From NCBI GenBank assembly GCA_002421785.1, contig DIRZ01000001.1:169142-201141 (forward strand): a DNA stretch of 32,000 nucleotides, read 5' to 3'. The DNA is from Candidatus Saccharimonadota bacterium (GTDB taxonomy: Bacteria > Patescibacteriota > Saccharimonadia > Saccharimonadales > Saccharimonadaceae). A program made the translations under genes and the position numbers. The notes below the pieces were generated by a model. That model searched no databases. It saw nothing but the letters and a program-made list of their open reading frames with translations, and was not told where the DNA came from. How positions within the stretch are numbered: the stretch's first letter is position 1; each line of letters opens with the position of its first letter. Positions 23,499 to 31,417 of the stretch are shown piece by piece.

Positions 23499-25775
23499 TT
23501 ACCACTTACCCTGCGACTTCAACCAGTCACGGGCAAAATCAGCCACGCCTGGCTGCCATTGGGCAGCTCCGGGGGCACCGATGCGAAGGTCGCCATTTTG
23601 GACATATGTTTCAGCATCAGTCGGAAGTGTCTTCAAATCGATTATGCCATCAGGCCCAAACTTCTCCAGAACAGCCTGGTGAAGTTCGCTTGCGGTCGAG
23701 CTATCTATCTTGTGACCGTTGAGGTTCGCCCATTGGCCCCACTCCTTCACGAATCCGCTACCATTTTCCACGGTGAACGAATTCCCGCGCAGAACTTCCG
23801 TCGCGCCACTCGTGTCAGTCGTACTACCACCAAAGTCACCGGCACCATTTTCAGCACCGCCGTTGGCCTGCTGAGTTAACTGCTCCTGCAAGGCTTTCGC
23901 CTTTGCTTCTGCAGCCTCACGGGCAGCATCAGCTTTTTCAACCGCAGTTTGCGCGTCAGCAGCAGCCTGCGAATGGCTATCCCATACTTCATGCAATCGG
24001 CCCAGGCCGAGGCCCGTCAGGCCACCTGCAGCTGCACCGATTCCCTTTGCTGCTGCGACGCGCTTTCTGTTGCGTAGCATCTCAATGTCACTTTTCGCCT
24101 CAACCCGTGTCGTTATGTCTGCGGCCGATACCCCTTCACTTGCTTGCGTGATGGCATCGTAATGCTGATTCATGCTATAAGCGGCTTCGTAATCCGCATA
24201 GCTCATTGTCGCATTACGCCCGACTTTTATGTCGGCGTTGTTGCGACGTTTCGTTACACGGTGAGCGACCACTCCGCCCGTTATACCACCGACGAGTGAA
24301 CCGGTCGCAAGACCGAACATCATACTCGGCAGGAACACTGTCGCTACGGCTGCGGCGGCTGCGCCACCGACGGCAATTACGGCAGCTTTTTTCACATTAC
24401 CTCGCATGCCTTCTTGGCTCATCCACCAGTTCGTGAATGCACCGGCGTCTTTACTCGACTCCTTAGTGTAGTCAGCAATCGCCCGTTCAAGCGCAAGGCT
24501 TTCGTTAATCATCCATGCTTTACGATGTGCAAGCTCTTGCTCAGCAGTATCAGCAGTAATTTCGCCCGAAATACCATCGACCAGTGCTTCATACTCAGCC
24601 TGGGCCGCGTTCTTATCGCGCGATTGTCGTGTGTTAACCTTGTCAGCAATACGTGCCACGCCAGGAATGCGTCGCAATAATTTTGTTAACCCGCTATCCC
24701 CTTGAAGGAACCGCCCAAAATACGAAATGCGATCCTTGGCGGTCAACTGAGCATAGCGATGACGCGCATCAGCGACGGTTGTATCGAGTTCCCTATCGTG
24801 ATCAGTCTCAACGCCGTATTCCTCTGGTGGAAGCGCCGTTGGATGGGCGGTGCCAAAGATATCAAGATCATCAACGTCAGTACCATACGCCTCTGGAGGG
24901 AGGGCCGTCGGGTGTGCATTCAGACCCGGCTCGCCCATATCGGTGCCATACGCTTCGGGGGGAAGTGCTGTTGGGTGGGCGTTACCGCTCGGTTCGCCCA
25001 TATCGGTGCCGTAGGCTTCTGGAGGGAGGGCAGTTGGATGGGCAGTTGGAATGGAAGCCGCTGGTGTCACAGGCGAAGCAGTAGGCGTGGCGGCACGTTT
25101 TACGGCGCGTCGTGCGCGCTCATGAGCGATTATGTCGTCCTCGTCACTATCAATTTCCCAGACTTTTGTACGACCCTCTAGCTCATCAAGCCGGTGTTGG
25201 TTGACATATTTTTTTCCATATACCGAAGGCTTCGTGCGTCGATTGTCGGACTTAGGTGCCTTAACAGTAGATGCTTGTTCACGTGGTGCACGAGCTTTAC
25301 GGGCAGCACGTTCGGAAGCAGTCTGCTCTTTCAAGGCGCGATCTTCAGCCTGTAGCTCTGCAACGATAGAGAAGAACTCAGCTTGTCGTAGCTTGCTGTC
25401 TACAGGGTACCCCGCTTCATCGAGGAGGGGCTTGGCAGCCTTAAACCATTCACGACGGAAAGTGCCCTGCGCGATATCACCCCGTTCAACCAAAGCTGTA
25501 CGTGCCGCAAATATCGGGTCCAGGTAAGTCCGAATCTCCTTGCGCCGCGCGATTGCCTCATCATACCCCAGGGGGGTCACCACTTCTGGGGTAACAGTAG
25601 AGGTAGGCTCTGTATCAACTGGGCTCGAAACAACCTCAGCGACCGGCGTTCCCGCCTCAGCTACGACAGGCTGCTCACTCGTCTTGGCATCTTGCTGGGC
25701 CTGTTCAAGACGTGCTTTAAGCTCTGCTAAATCGGCTTCAGTGGCTACCTTTGGGTTTCGATGCGTTTCGCTCAT
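23499..25775 (-). CDS. large orphan membrane protein with four AHPTALPPEAYGTD repeats
   Basis: 758 aa with no signal peptide. The charged N-terminal ~460 aa contain the repeats at residues 245-322. A Gly/Ala-rich hydrophobic hairpin spans residues ~464-505, with a second G/A-rich segment at ~574-592. An A/E/K coiled-coil-like stretch (~603-636) precedes a ~100-aa C-terminal domain. No family recognised. Confidence 0.7.
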   Translation of the reverse strand: MSETHRNPKVATEADLAELKARLEQAQQDAKTSEQPVVAEAGTPVAEVVSSPVDTEPTSTVTPEVVTPLGYDEAIARRKEIRTYLDPIFAARTALVERGDIAQGTFRREWFKAAKPLLDEAGYPVDSKLRQAEFFSIVAELQAEDRALKEQTASERAARKARAPREQASTVKAPKSDNRRTKPSVYGKKYVNQHRLDELEGRTKVWEIDSDEDDIIAHERARRAVKRAATPTASPVTPAASIPTAHPTALPPEAYGTDMGEPSGNAHPTALPPEAYGTDMGEPGLNAHPTALPPEAYGTDVDDLDIFGTAHPTALPPEEYGVETDHDRELDTTVADARHRYAQLTAKDRISYFGRFLQGDSGLTKLLRRIPGVARIADKVNTRQSRDKNAAQAEYEALVDGISGEITADTAEQELAHRKAWMINESLALERAIADYTKESSKDAGAFTNWWMSQEGMRGNVKKAAVIAVGGAAAAAVATVFLPSMMFGLATGSLVGGITGGVVAHRVTKRRNNADIKVGRNATMSYADYEAAYSMNQHYDAITQASEGVSAADITTRVEAKSDIEMLRNRKRVAAAKGIGAAAGGLTGLGLGRLHEVWDSHSQAAADAQTAVEKADAAREAAEAKAKALQEQLTQQANGGAENGAGDFGGSTTDTSGATEVLRGNSFTVENGSGFVKEWGQWANLNGHKIDSSTASELHQAVLEKFGPDGIIDLKTLPTDAETYVQNGDLRIGAPGAAQWQPGVADFARDWLKSQGKW
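24810..25043 (-). repeat. four in-frame tandem repeats (63-bp period for the first three) encoding AHPTALPPE(A/E)YG(T/V)
   Basis: Read directly. Copies 1-3 encode an identical AHPTALPPEAYGT, while their codons differ at many third positions. Confidence 0.85.
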
Positions 25776-25835
25776 GGAGTGGTGGTTCCTTATCTGCGTA
25801 GCTTAGATACAATGCTTATTTATGATTATGCTTTT

Positions 25836-25864
25836 ATACTAGCATAAACGTGATAAAAAGTCAA
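25836..25864 (-). promoter_or_regulatory. promoter P2 (conserved-spacer class) for the orphan operon
   Basis: Minus strand reads TTGACT-TTTTATCACGTTTATGC-TAGTAT. It sits directly after the infB terminator. Confidence 0.5.
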
Positions 25865-25873
25865 GAGTATGAT

Positions 25874-25900
25874 GCAAAATACACCGCTGTTATGCGGTGC
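25874..25900 (-). terminator. intrinsic terminator after infB
   Basis: Minus strand reads CACCGC-ATAACA-GCGGTG followed by TATTTTG. Confidence 0.5.
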
Positions 25901-25923
25901 ATTTAACGACAAAACTAGTAGCC

Positions 25924-27699
25924 CTATTTTAGCGTGCGCCTCACAAGCTCCCGGGTAAAGAATTCGAGCTTGTCACCGACTTCGAGAAGAAGTTTTTTGT
26001 GGGTGCGCAGGCTGATGCCACACATTTCCCCTTCAAACACTTCCTTGGCCTCTTGCTGCTGGCGCTGGACACTGGTTACTTCAACTTCGGCAAGCTGTTC
26101 ATCGCCGCGTTTGACGCGCGCGAGGACGCTGGTAGTAACCTTACCGGTCGTGACTTCACCACCACAGATGATCTCATCTTTCATGCTACGGAAAACGCCC
26201 TTGATGGTCAGTTTGCCGATTTCCGTTTCGACAACTTCTGGGGCGAGCATCGCTTCCATGCTACTACGAGCATCGTCGAGCAGCTCGTAAATGACCCTGT
26301 AGAGCCGTACTTGTACCTTATCGCGCATTGCGAGTCGTTTAACTGCGGGCGGAAGATCGATGTTGAATCCATAAATAACGGCGTTTGAGCTGGAAGCCAG
26401 GCGAACATCGTTTTCGTTCACGCTCCCTACTCCGCTACCAATCACACGAAGATTGATTTCCCCATCAGTGTCTACGAGTCGCAAGCTGTCCATAACAGAG
26501 GTAAGCGAGCCTTGAACGTCGGCCTTCACGATAACATTCATTTCCTGAGTGTCACGTTTCTGCGTCATCATTTTCAGCAAGTCAGCGCCGGTCACGTTTG
26601 TACTGGCGGCGTTTTTCTCACGTTCGATCTTTGCATGTTCTACCATCAGGCGAGCTTCTTTTTCGCTCTTTACAATACCGAATACATCCCCAAACTGAGG
26701 GAGCTCCTTGAAGCCCGTCACAGTAACGGGCGTGGATGGACCAGCCTGCTTAAGGGTCTTGCCTGTGAAATCCAAGAGTGTTCGCACCTTGCCGTAGCTC
26801 GTGCCAGCCACAAGGAAGTGTCCTGGGCGGAGCATACCCTGCTCAACGAGCAATCCAACAACAGAACCACGACCTGTTTCCATATGAGCTTCGATAACGA
26901 GTCCTTCTGCAGGCACATCGACATCTGCTTTTAGTTCCTCTAGGTCGGCCACAAGGAGTACCATGTCGAGGAGTTTTTCGATGCCTTCACCTGTTTTTGC
27001 ACTCACCGGCACCATAACTGTGTCACCGCCCCACTCTTCGGGGTTCAAATGATGTTCGCTTGCGAGCTGGGCTTTCACCATCTCAGGGTTAGCGGTTTCT
27101 TTGTCCATTTTATTGAGCGCAACAACAATCTTGGCATTGGCGTCACGAGCAAATCGAATTGCTTCAATCGTCTGTGGCTTTACGCCGTCATCTGCAGCAA
27201 CGACGATTACCACGACATCTGTCAGGGCAGCACCGTGCTGTCGAAGGGCTGCAAAGGCCTCATGACCAGGAGTGTCAAGAAGAGTAATAGCGCGGTCTTT
27301 GCGGACTGTTTGGTAAGCGCTAATGTGCTGGGTAATACCACCAGCCTCACCCGCTACCGTTTTCATGCCGAGAATTGCGTCGAGCAAGCTAGTTTTACCG
27401 TGGTCCACATGCCCCATTACGGCGACAATCGGTGGACGATCGACCGCTTTGTCAGATGGCTTGTGCAAGCGTTGCACGGTTTTTACCTTCGCTTCTTTAC
27501 GTTTCAGCTCAACGTCAAGTTTTAGTTCCTCGACGATAATCTGCGCAGTTTCAAAATCAATACGCTGATTGATTGTGGCAACGATGCCGTTTTTGAATAA
27601 CTCTCCTACGAGCTGGGTAACAGGCAGGTTGAGCGTTTCCGCAAGTTCGCCAACGGTGATTGAATCTGCGATGACCAATACTTTTTCTGGCTGACTCAT
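25924..27699 (-). CDS. infB: translation initiation factor IF-2 (short N-terminus)
   Basis: G domain [23 protein letters not shown] and NKMD. The start is set at the ATG at 27699 (MSQPEK...) with an AAAGGAG SD. The track start is a TTG 36 nt upstream. Confidence 0.9.
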   Translation of the reverse strand: MSQPEKVLVIADSITVGELAETLNLPVTQLVGELFKNGIVATINQRIDFETAQIIVEELKLDVELKRKEAKVKTVQRLHKPSDKAVDRPPIVAVMGHVDHGKTSLLDAILGMKTVAGEAGGITQHISAYQTVRKDRAITLLDTPGHEAFAALRQHGAALTDVVVIVVAADDGVKPQTIEAIRFARDANAKIVVALNKMDKETANPEMVKAQLASEHHLNPEEWGGDTVMVPVSAKTGEGIEKLLDMVLLVADLEELKADVDVPAEGLVIEAHMETGRGSVVGLLVEQGMLRPGHFLVAGTSYGKVRTLLDFTGKTLKQAGPSTPVTVTGFKELPQFGDVFGIVKSEKEARLMVEHAKIEREKNAASTNVTGADLLKMMTQKRDTQEMNVIVKADVQGSLTSVMDSLRLVDTDGEINLRVIGSGVGSVNENDVRLASSSNAVIYGFNIDLPPAVKRLAMRDKVQVRLYRVIYELLDDARSSMEAMLAPEVVETEIGKLTIKGVFRSMKDEIICGGEVTTGKVTTSVLARVKRGDEQLAEVEVTSVQRQQQEAKEVFEGEMCGISLRTHKKLLLEVGDKLEFFTRELVRRTLK

Positions 27700-27753
27700 T
27701 GGTTGCTCCTTTCTGCCCCAGCTCGGTGGGGACAATTATCCATGTACTACATG

Positions 27754-28821
27754 TTATTTTTTCTTGTCAGCAAGACTCAAAGAGATCTTGCGATTGTCTT
27801 TATCGACGTCAAGGACGATGAAATCTTTGCGTTCGTTAAGAGTAAAGACTTTCTCTGGGTCTACCCCTTCACCGCCACCCAACTCACTGATGTGAACAAG
27901 TGCTTCAACGGCAGGACTAATCTGAACGAAAGCACCAAATGGAGTGATACGAGTAACCGTACCCTCAACCTTGGTTCCCTTGCTAAATTGCTCTACTTCG
28001 TCAAGCCATGGGTCTTTGGTAAGCTGCTTCATGCTGAGGCTCAGGCGTTCTTTATCGATGCTGATAATCTTTGCTTCGATGTTCTGGCCAACTTTTACGT
28101 AATCAGCAGGATTGCTCACACGCTCCCAGCTAATTTCACTAATGTGCACCAGTCCCTCGATACCATCAACATTTACGAAGACACCGAAGTCGACGACACC
28201 GGTAACGACACCAGTAACGGTATCACCGATTTTAAGCTGCTCGAATCGGGCAGCCAGGCCATCCTTGATTGCTTCTTTTTCGCTGAAAATAAGCTTGTTT
28301 GCTTTACGGTCACAGTCCAAAATACGAACTTTCAGTGACTGGCCGACCAGGGCGTTCAAACGAGACAGAATCTCGTCTTTGTCTGCGCTGCCGACACGTG
28401 GATAGTGCTCAGCAGACAGCTGACTAACAGGCAGGAAGCCGCGAACACCTTCGTATTCAACAAGCATACCGCCACGGTTCGCGTCGTACGGAGATACGTC
28501 AATAATCTCACCTGCGTCCATTTTAGCCTGAACTTCTTCCCAACCACGATCTTTTGCGGCTTTGCGAAGACTCAACAAACTATAGCCGTTATCAAGTTCT
28601 GCATCAACAACACTCGCAGTAACTTCATCGCCAACATTCAGCTGACGGCTAAAGCCGACTTCACGGCGCGGTACAAAACCGACACCCTGAGCACCAAGGT
28701 CAACAAGGACCTCGTGTTTACGGACAGAAAGCACATGTCCGGTCGTGACTTCACCTACGACGAGTTGTTTTACGTTGTCACCTGCAAGCAGGTCATCCAT
28801 TGTTATAGTGGCGTTTGCCAT
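27754..28821 (-). CDS. rpsA: 30S ribosomal protein S1 (four S1 domains)
   Basis: Four repeats of the S1 OB-fold pattern (G.VV.G.V......G.FV....GVEG..H.SE). 355 aa. Confidence 0.9.
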   Translation of the reverse strand: MANATITMDDLLAGDNVKQLVVGEVTTGHVLSVRKHEVLVDLGAQGVGFVPRREVGFSRQLNVGDEVTASVVDAELDNGYSLLSLRKAAKDRGWEEVQAKMDAGEIIDVSPYDANRGGMLVEYEGVRGFLPVSQLSAEHYPRVGSADKDEILSRLNALVGQSLKVRILDCDRKANKLIFSEKEAIKDGLAARFEQLKIGDTVTGVVTGVVDFGVFVNVDGIEGLVHISEISWERVSNPADYVKVGQNIEAKIISIDKERLSLSMKQLTKDPWLDEVEQFSKGTKVEGTVTRITPFGAFVQISPAVEALVHISELGGGEGVDPEKVFTLNERKDFIVLDVDKDNRKISLSLADKKK

Positions 28822-28964
28822 AAATAAGTTTATTAATGAGCCATTCCATTATCAGGGTAATGGCACATCAAAACTCCTCTCTTAGATTTAATATTTCCGT
28901 GACATATGCAACAAAGCATACGTCGTTGGTCATACCTCATTGTACACTAGTGTTAGCGAGAAGT

Positions 28965-29426
28965 CTAGATGAGGGCGCGTGAGCGTACATAGGCGACAAC
29001 GAGTGCCGTCATGAGCGTGACGCCTGCCATAGAAAGCAGGGTATCTTCGGGGCCGGTTGCAGGCAACGCTGCTGCGTCTGTGCCGGTCGTCGACGCGCTG
29101 GTCGCTGCCGTTGAACCTGTCGTTGTTGACGAGGTTGTCGCAGGCTTTGATTCGTTGGCTGCTTTTTGTTCTTGTGCCTTTTTCTCTTCGGCTGCTTGCT
29201 GCGCGAGGGCGGCCTTCAACTCATCACTATTTTCGTCAGTAGATGGCTTTGTTGGTGCGTCAGTCGTCGCAGTCGGCGTACTATCAGATTGCGTCGGCGC
29301 ATTTGTCGTATCTGACGACGGCAGGTAGCGGCGCACTACAAAAATTCCGCCAATCACTAATGCGGCTAACACTACTCCCACCAGCACGTACCCGAGAATG
29401 TTTCCTTGTTCTTTTCGGTGTGACAT
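28965..29426 (-). CDS. LPXTG-anchored low-complexity surface protein
   Basis: An N-terminal TM/signal anchor, a T/S/A/E-rich linker, and a C-terminal LPATG followed by a hydrophobic stretch and RSR, which is a sortase sorting signal. AAGAGG SD. Confidence 0.7.
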   Translation of the reverse strand: MSHRKEQGNILGYVLVGVVLAALVIGGIFVVRRYLPSSDTTNAPTQSDSTPTATTDAPTKPSTDENSDELKAALAQQAAEEKKAQEQKAANESKPATTSSTTTGSTAATSASTTGTDAAALPATGPEDTLLSMAGVTLMTALVVAYVRSRALI

Positions 29427-29511
29427 CGCTGTACCTCTTATAACTAATTACTTACTATTATACCTTTTTTGATACAAAAAAGCAACCGGTACACTATGCT
29501 ACACTGGAAAT

Positions 29512-30339
29512 ATGATAGTAACAATCGATACCGGTGGGACAAAAACTCTTATTTCCTCGTTTAACGCGCATGGCAAAATGGGTGAATCGATTAAGTTTCC
29601 TACCCCTACAGACCCTAAAGAATACGTCAAAGTCCTTAAGAGCACGGTTCGTGAGCACTTTTCGCACGAAGATGTTAGCGTTATCGTCCTTGCACTTCCC
29701 GGTATCGTTAAAGGCGGGGTAGCCCTGTGGTGCAACAATCTACACTGGAAAGATTTTCAGGCACACAAACTCCTCCATGATATGCTTCCAGGTGTCCCCT
29801 TTTTAGTCGAAAATGATGCAAATCTTGCTGGGCTTTCCGAAACCAGGGCACTCAATCCCGTTCCTGTTAGTACCCTTTACGTCACCATTAGCACAGGCAT
29901 CGGCTCGGGTATCTGCACGAACGGATTCATTGATCCTGGCACGCGCTATAGCGAAGCAGGGCGAGCGCTTGTAGAGTATGATGGCAAAGTGCGCGAATGG
30001 GAGACGTTTGCTTCAGGACATGCCATTGTGGACGTGTACAAGCAGTTTGCACGGGACATTACGAGTAAACGAACCTGGCGCCAGATTTCTGACCGCATAT
30101 CGCGTGGTTTTCTTGCGGTTATTCCGATTCTTCAACCGGATGTGATTATTATCGGCGGCAGCGTTGGCACGTATTTTGACCGATACCACGAATACTTAAA
30201 AGGCATCCTTGTTGAACATCTACCAGCGCACATCCCATGTCCCAAAATTGTACAGGCACAACATCCAGAAGAGGCAGTAATATACGGGTGCTACTACTAT
30301 GGCAAAGATTTCTTGGCTCATAAGCAAACTCGACAGTAA
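29512..30339 (+). CDS. ROK-family sugar kinase (glucokinase-like, no HTH)
   Basis: IDTGGTK phosphate-1 motif, ENDANLAGLSE and IGGSV. 275 aa, with no N-terminal DNA-binding domain. Confidence 0.8.
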   Translation: MIVTIDTGGTKTLISSFNAHGKMGESIKFPTPTDPKEYVKVLKSTVREHFSHEDVSVIVLALPGIVKGGVALWCNNLHWKDFQAHKLLHDMLPGVPFLVENDANLAGLSETRALNPVPVSTLYVTISTGIGSGICTNGFIDPGTRYSEAGRALVEYDGKVREWETFASGHAIVDVYKQFARDITSKRTWRQISDRISRGFLAVIPILQPDVIIIGGSVGTYFDRYHEYLKGILVEHLPAHIPCPKIVQAQHPEEAVIYGCYYYGKDFLAHKQTRQ

Positions 30340-30781
30340 CCACTCCCCTACAAGCGACGCGCCAATTACCTTTGCAAGAGGTGAAGTGTTCGGATGGAAC
30401 GCTAGTGGGCGCACTGTTACGTACGCGCCTGACGCGCCACACGCCCCTGCTTTTCTATTGCACGAGCTTGGCCATGCCTTGCTCGGACACGCTGACTATA
30501 GCGACGATATCCATCTTTTAGCTTTGGAGCGAGCCGCCTGGGATAAGGCGATTCTGCTTGCGCCGGAATACGACGTCGCAATCACCGATGAGCTAATTGA
30601 GGAATCGCTGGATACCTACCGGGATTGGCTTCATTCCCGATCACTCTGTCCGCACTGCAACGCGACAGGCGTTCAGACAGGCCCTCTACACTACCAGTGC
30701 CTCGCATGTCATCATGCCTGGCGTGTCAACGAGGCTCGCACCTGCGCTCTCCGTCGTTACGAAACGAAAAAACGCCCCTAG
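30299..30781 (+). CDS. HExxH metallopeptidase-like protein with a C-terminal CxxC...CxxC zinc ribbon
   Basis: FLLHELGHALLGH, then CPHC...CLAC. It overlaps the ROK gene by 41 nt if the ATG at 30299 is used. An alternative GTG at 30386 follows AGAGG and gives no overlap. A strong terminator follows. Confidence 0.6.
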   Translation: MAKISWLISKLDSNHSPTSDAPITFARGEVFGWNASGRTVTYAPDAPHAPAFLLHELGHALLGHADYSDDIHLLALERAAWDKAILLAPEYDVAITDELIEESLDTYRDWLHSRSLCPHCNATGVQTGPLHYQCLACHHAWRVNEARTCALRRYETKKRP

Positions 30782-30793
30782 GGGCGTTTTTTT
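30767..30793. terminator. bidirectional intrinsic terminator between convergent genes
   Basis: AAAAAA-CGCCC-CTAG-GGGCG-TTTTTTT is a palindromic GC stem flanked by an A-run and a T-run. Confidence 0.7.
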
Positions 30794-30812
30794 GAGTAAC
30801 TTTAGTCTACGA

Positions 30813-31010
30813 CTATTTGTCAGCTTTTTTGGTGCGGCGTGAGATACGACCACCCTTGGCACCTGCAATACGTGCAAGCTCAGGGTTAGCGGCGAAGCCA
30901 CCAGTGTGACCGTTTTTGCCGCCCTTAGCGCCAATCTTCGCGTAGAAGTTTGGATCTTTCTGTAGGTTCTTTTGTGCAGCCTTCAGGCCGCCAGCTTTTG
31001 TTCCTGCCAT
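30813..31010 (-). CDS. KGG-repeat stress-induced protein (YciG/Con-10-like)
   Basis: DPNFYAKIGAKGGKNGHTGGFAANPELARIAGAKGG contains the KGG repeats. AAGGAG (31019-31024) is spaced 8 nt from the ATG at 31010 and only 2 nt from the ATG at 31016, so I prefer 31010. Confidence 0.75.
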   Translation of the reverse strand: MAGTKAGGLKAAQKNLQKDPNFYAKIGAKGGKNGHTGGFAANPELARIAGAKGGRISRRTKKADK

Positions 31011-31107
31011 TTTCATGACTCCTTATATCTTAAAAGGGTCCCAGCTACCCCTATTACGGTGCGCTGAAACCCTCGCTTTACCTCACATATGCTATGTGTT
31101 GATTCTT

Positions 31108-31136
31108 ATATTAGCACAAACAGAACAAAATGTCAA
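31108..31136 (-). promoter_or_regulatory. promoter P3 (conserved-spacer class) for the KGG gene
   Basis: Minus strand reads TTGACA-TTTTGTTCTGTTTGTGC-TAATAT. Confidence 0.5.
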
Positions 31137-31380
31137 TGGTTACAAACAATATTATTATGGTTTAAAAAGTATTGCACTTATGCTCACCGTGGTATATCAT
31201 TAGTAGTGCACCTGTTTGAATCTTATCGAAATTTATAAGGTTCACCACAACAAGCTGGATTCCCGCTTTCTGCGAGATCCGAGAATCCACCACAAAGACA
31301 CCCGGCCATACGCGCTGGGTGTCTTTAATGCATAACCCATAGGGATATCGCCGAATCAACTGGTAGTAGATGTATACATA

Positions 31381-31407
31381 AAATAAAAACCCTCCTATTC
31401 GGAGGGC
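31381..31407 (-). terminator. rRNA operon terminator
   Basis: Minus strand reads CCCTCC-GAATA-GGAGGG followed by TTTTTATTTT. It lies about 10 nt after the 5S 3' end. Confidence 0.6.
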
Positions 31408-31417
31408 TTCTATATAA

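Noticed and set aside
24810-25043. The repeats in the 758-aa protein as a diversity-generating retroelement variable or template repeat pair, or as recent slippage repeats.
   Set aside because: There is no reverse transcriptase or non-coding template copy in the window. Differences between copies are synonymous third-position changes, not adenine-targeted non-synonymous changes. The divergence at the DNA level also argues against recent slippage.
27703-28338. A long plus-strand ORF antisense to rpsA. Similar antisense ORFs occur at 1707-2240 (in the LCP gene), 8243-8776 and 7316-7786 (in ileS), 24702-25181 and 25132-25527 (in the large orphan gene), and 27049-27525 (in infB).
   Set aside because: All are nested antisense in longer ORFs with clear family motifs or better coding features. 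None has an SD or an independent promoter that I can see.
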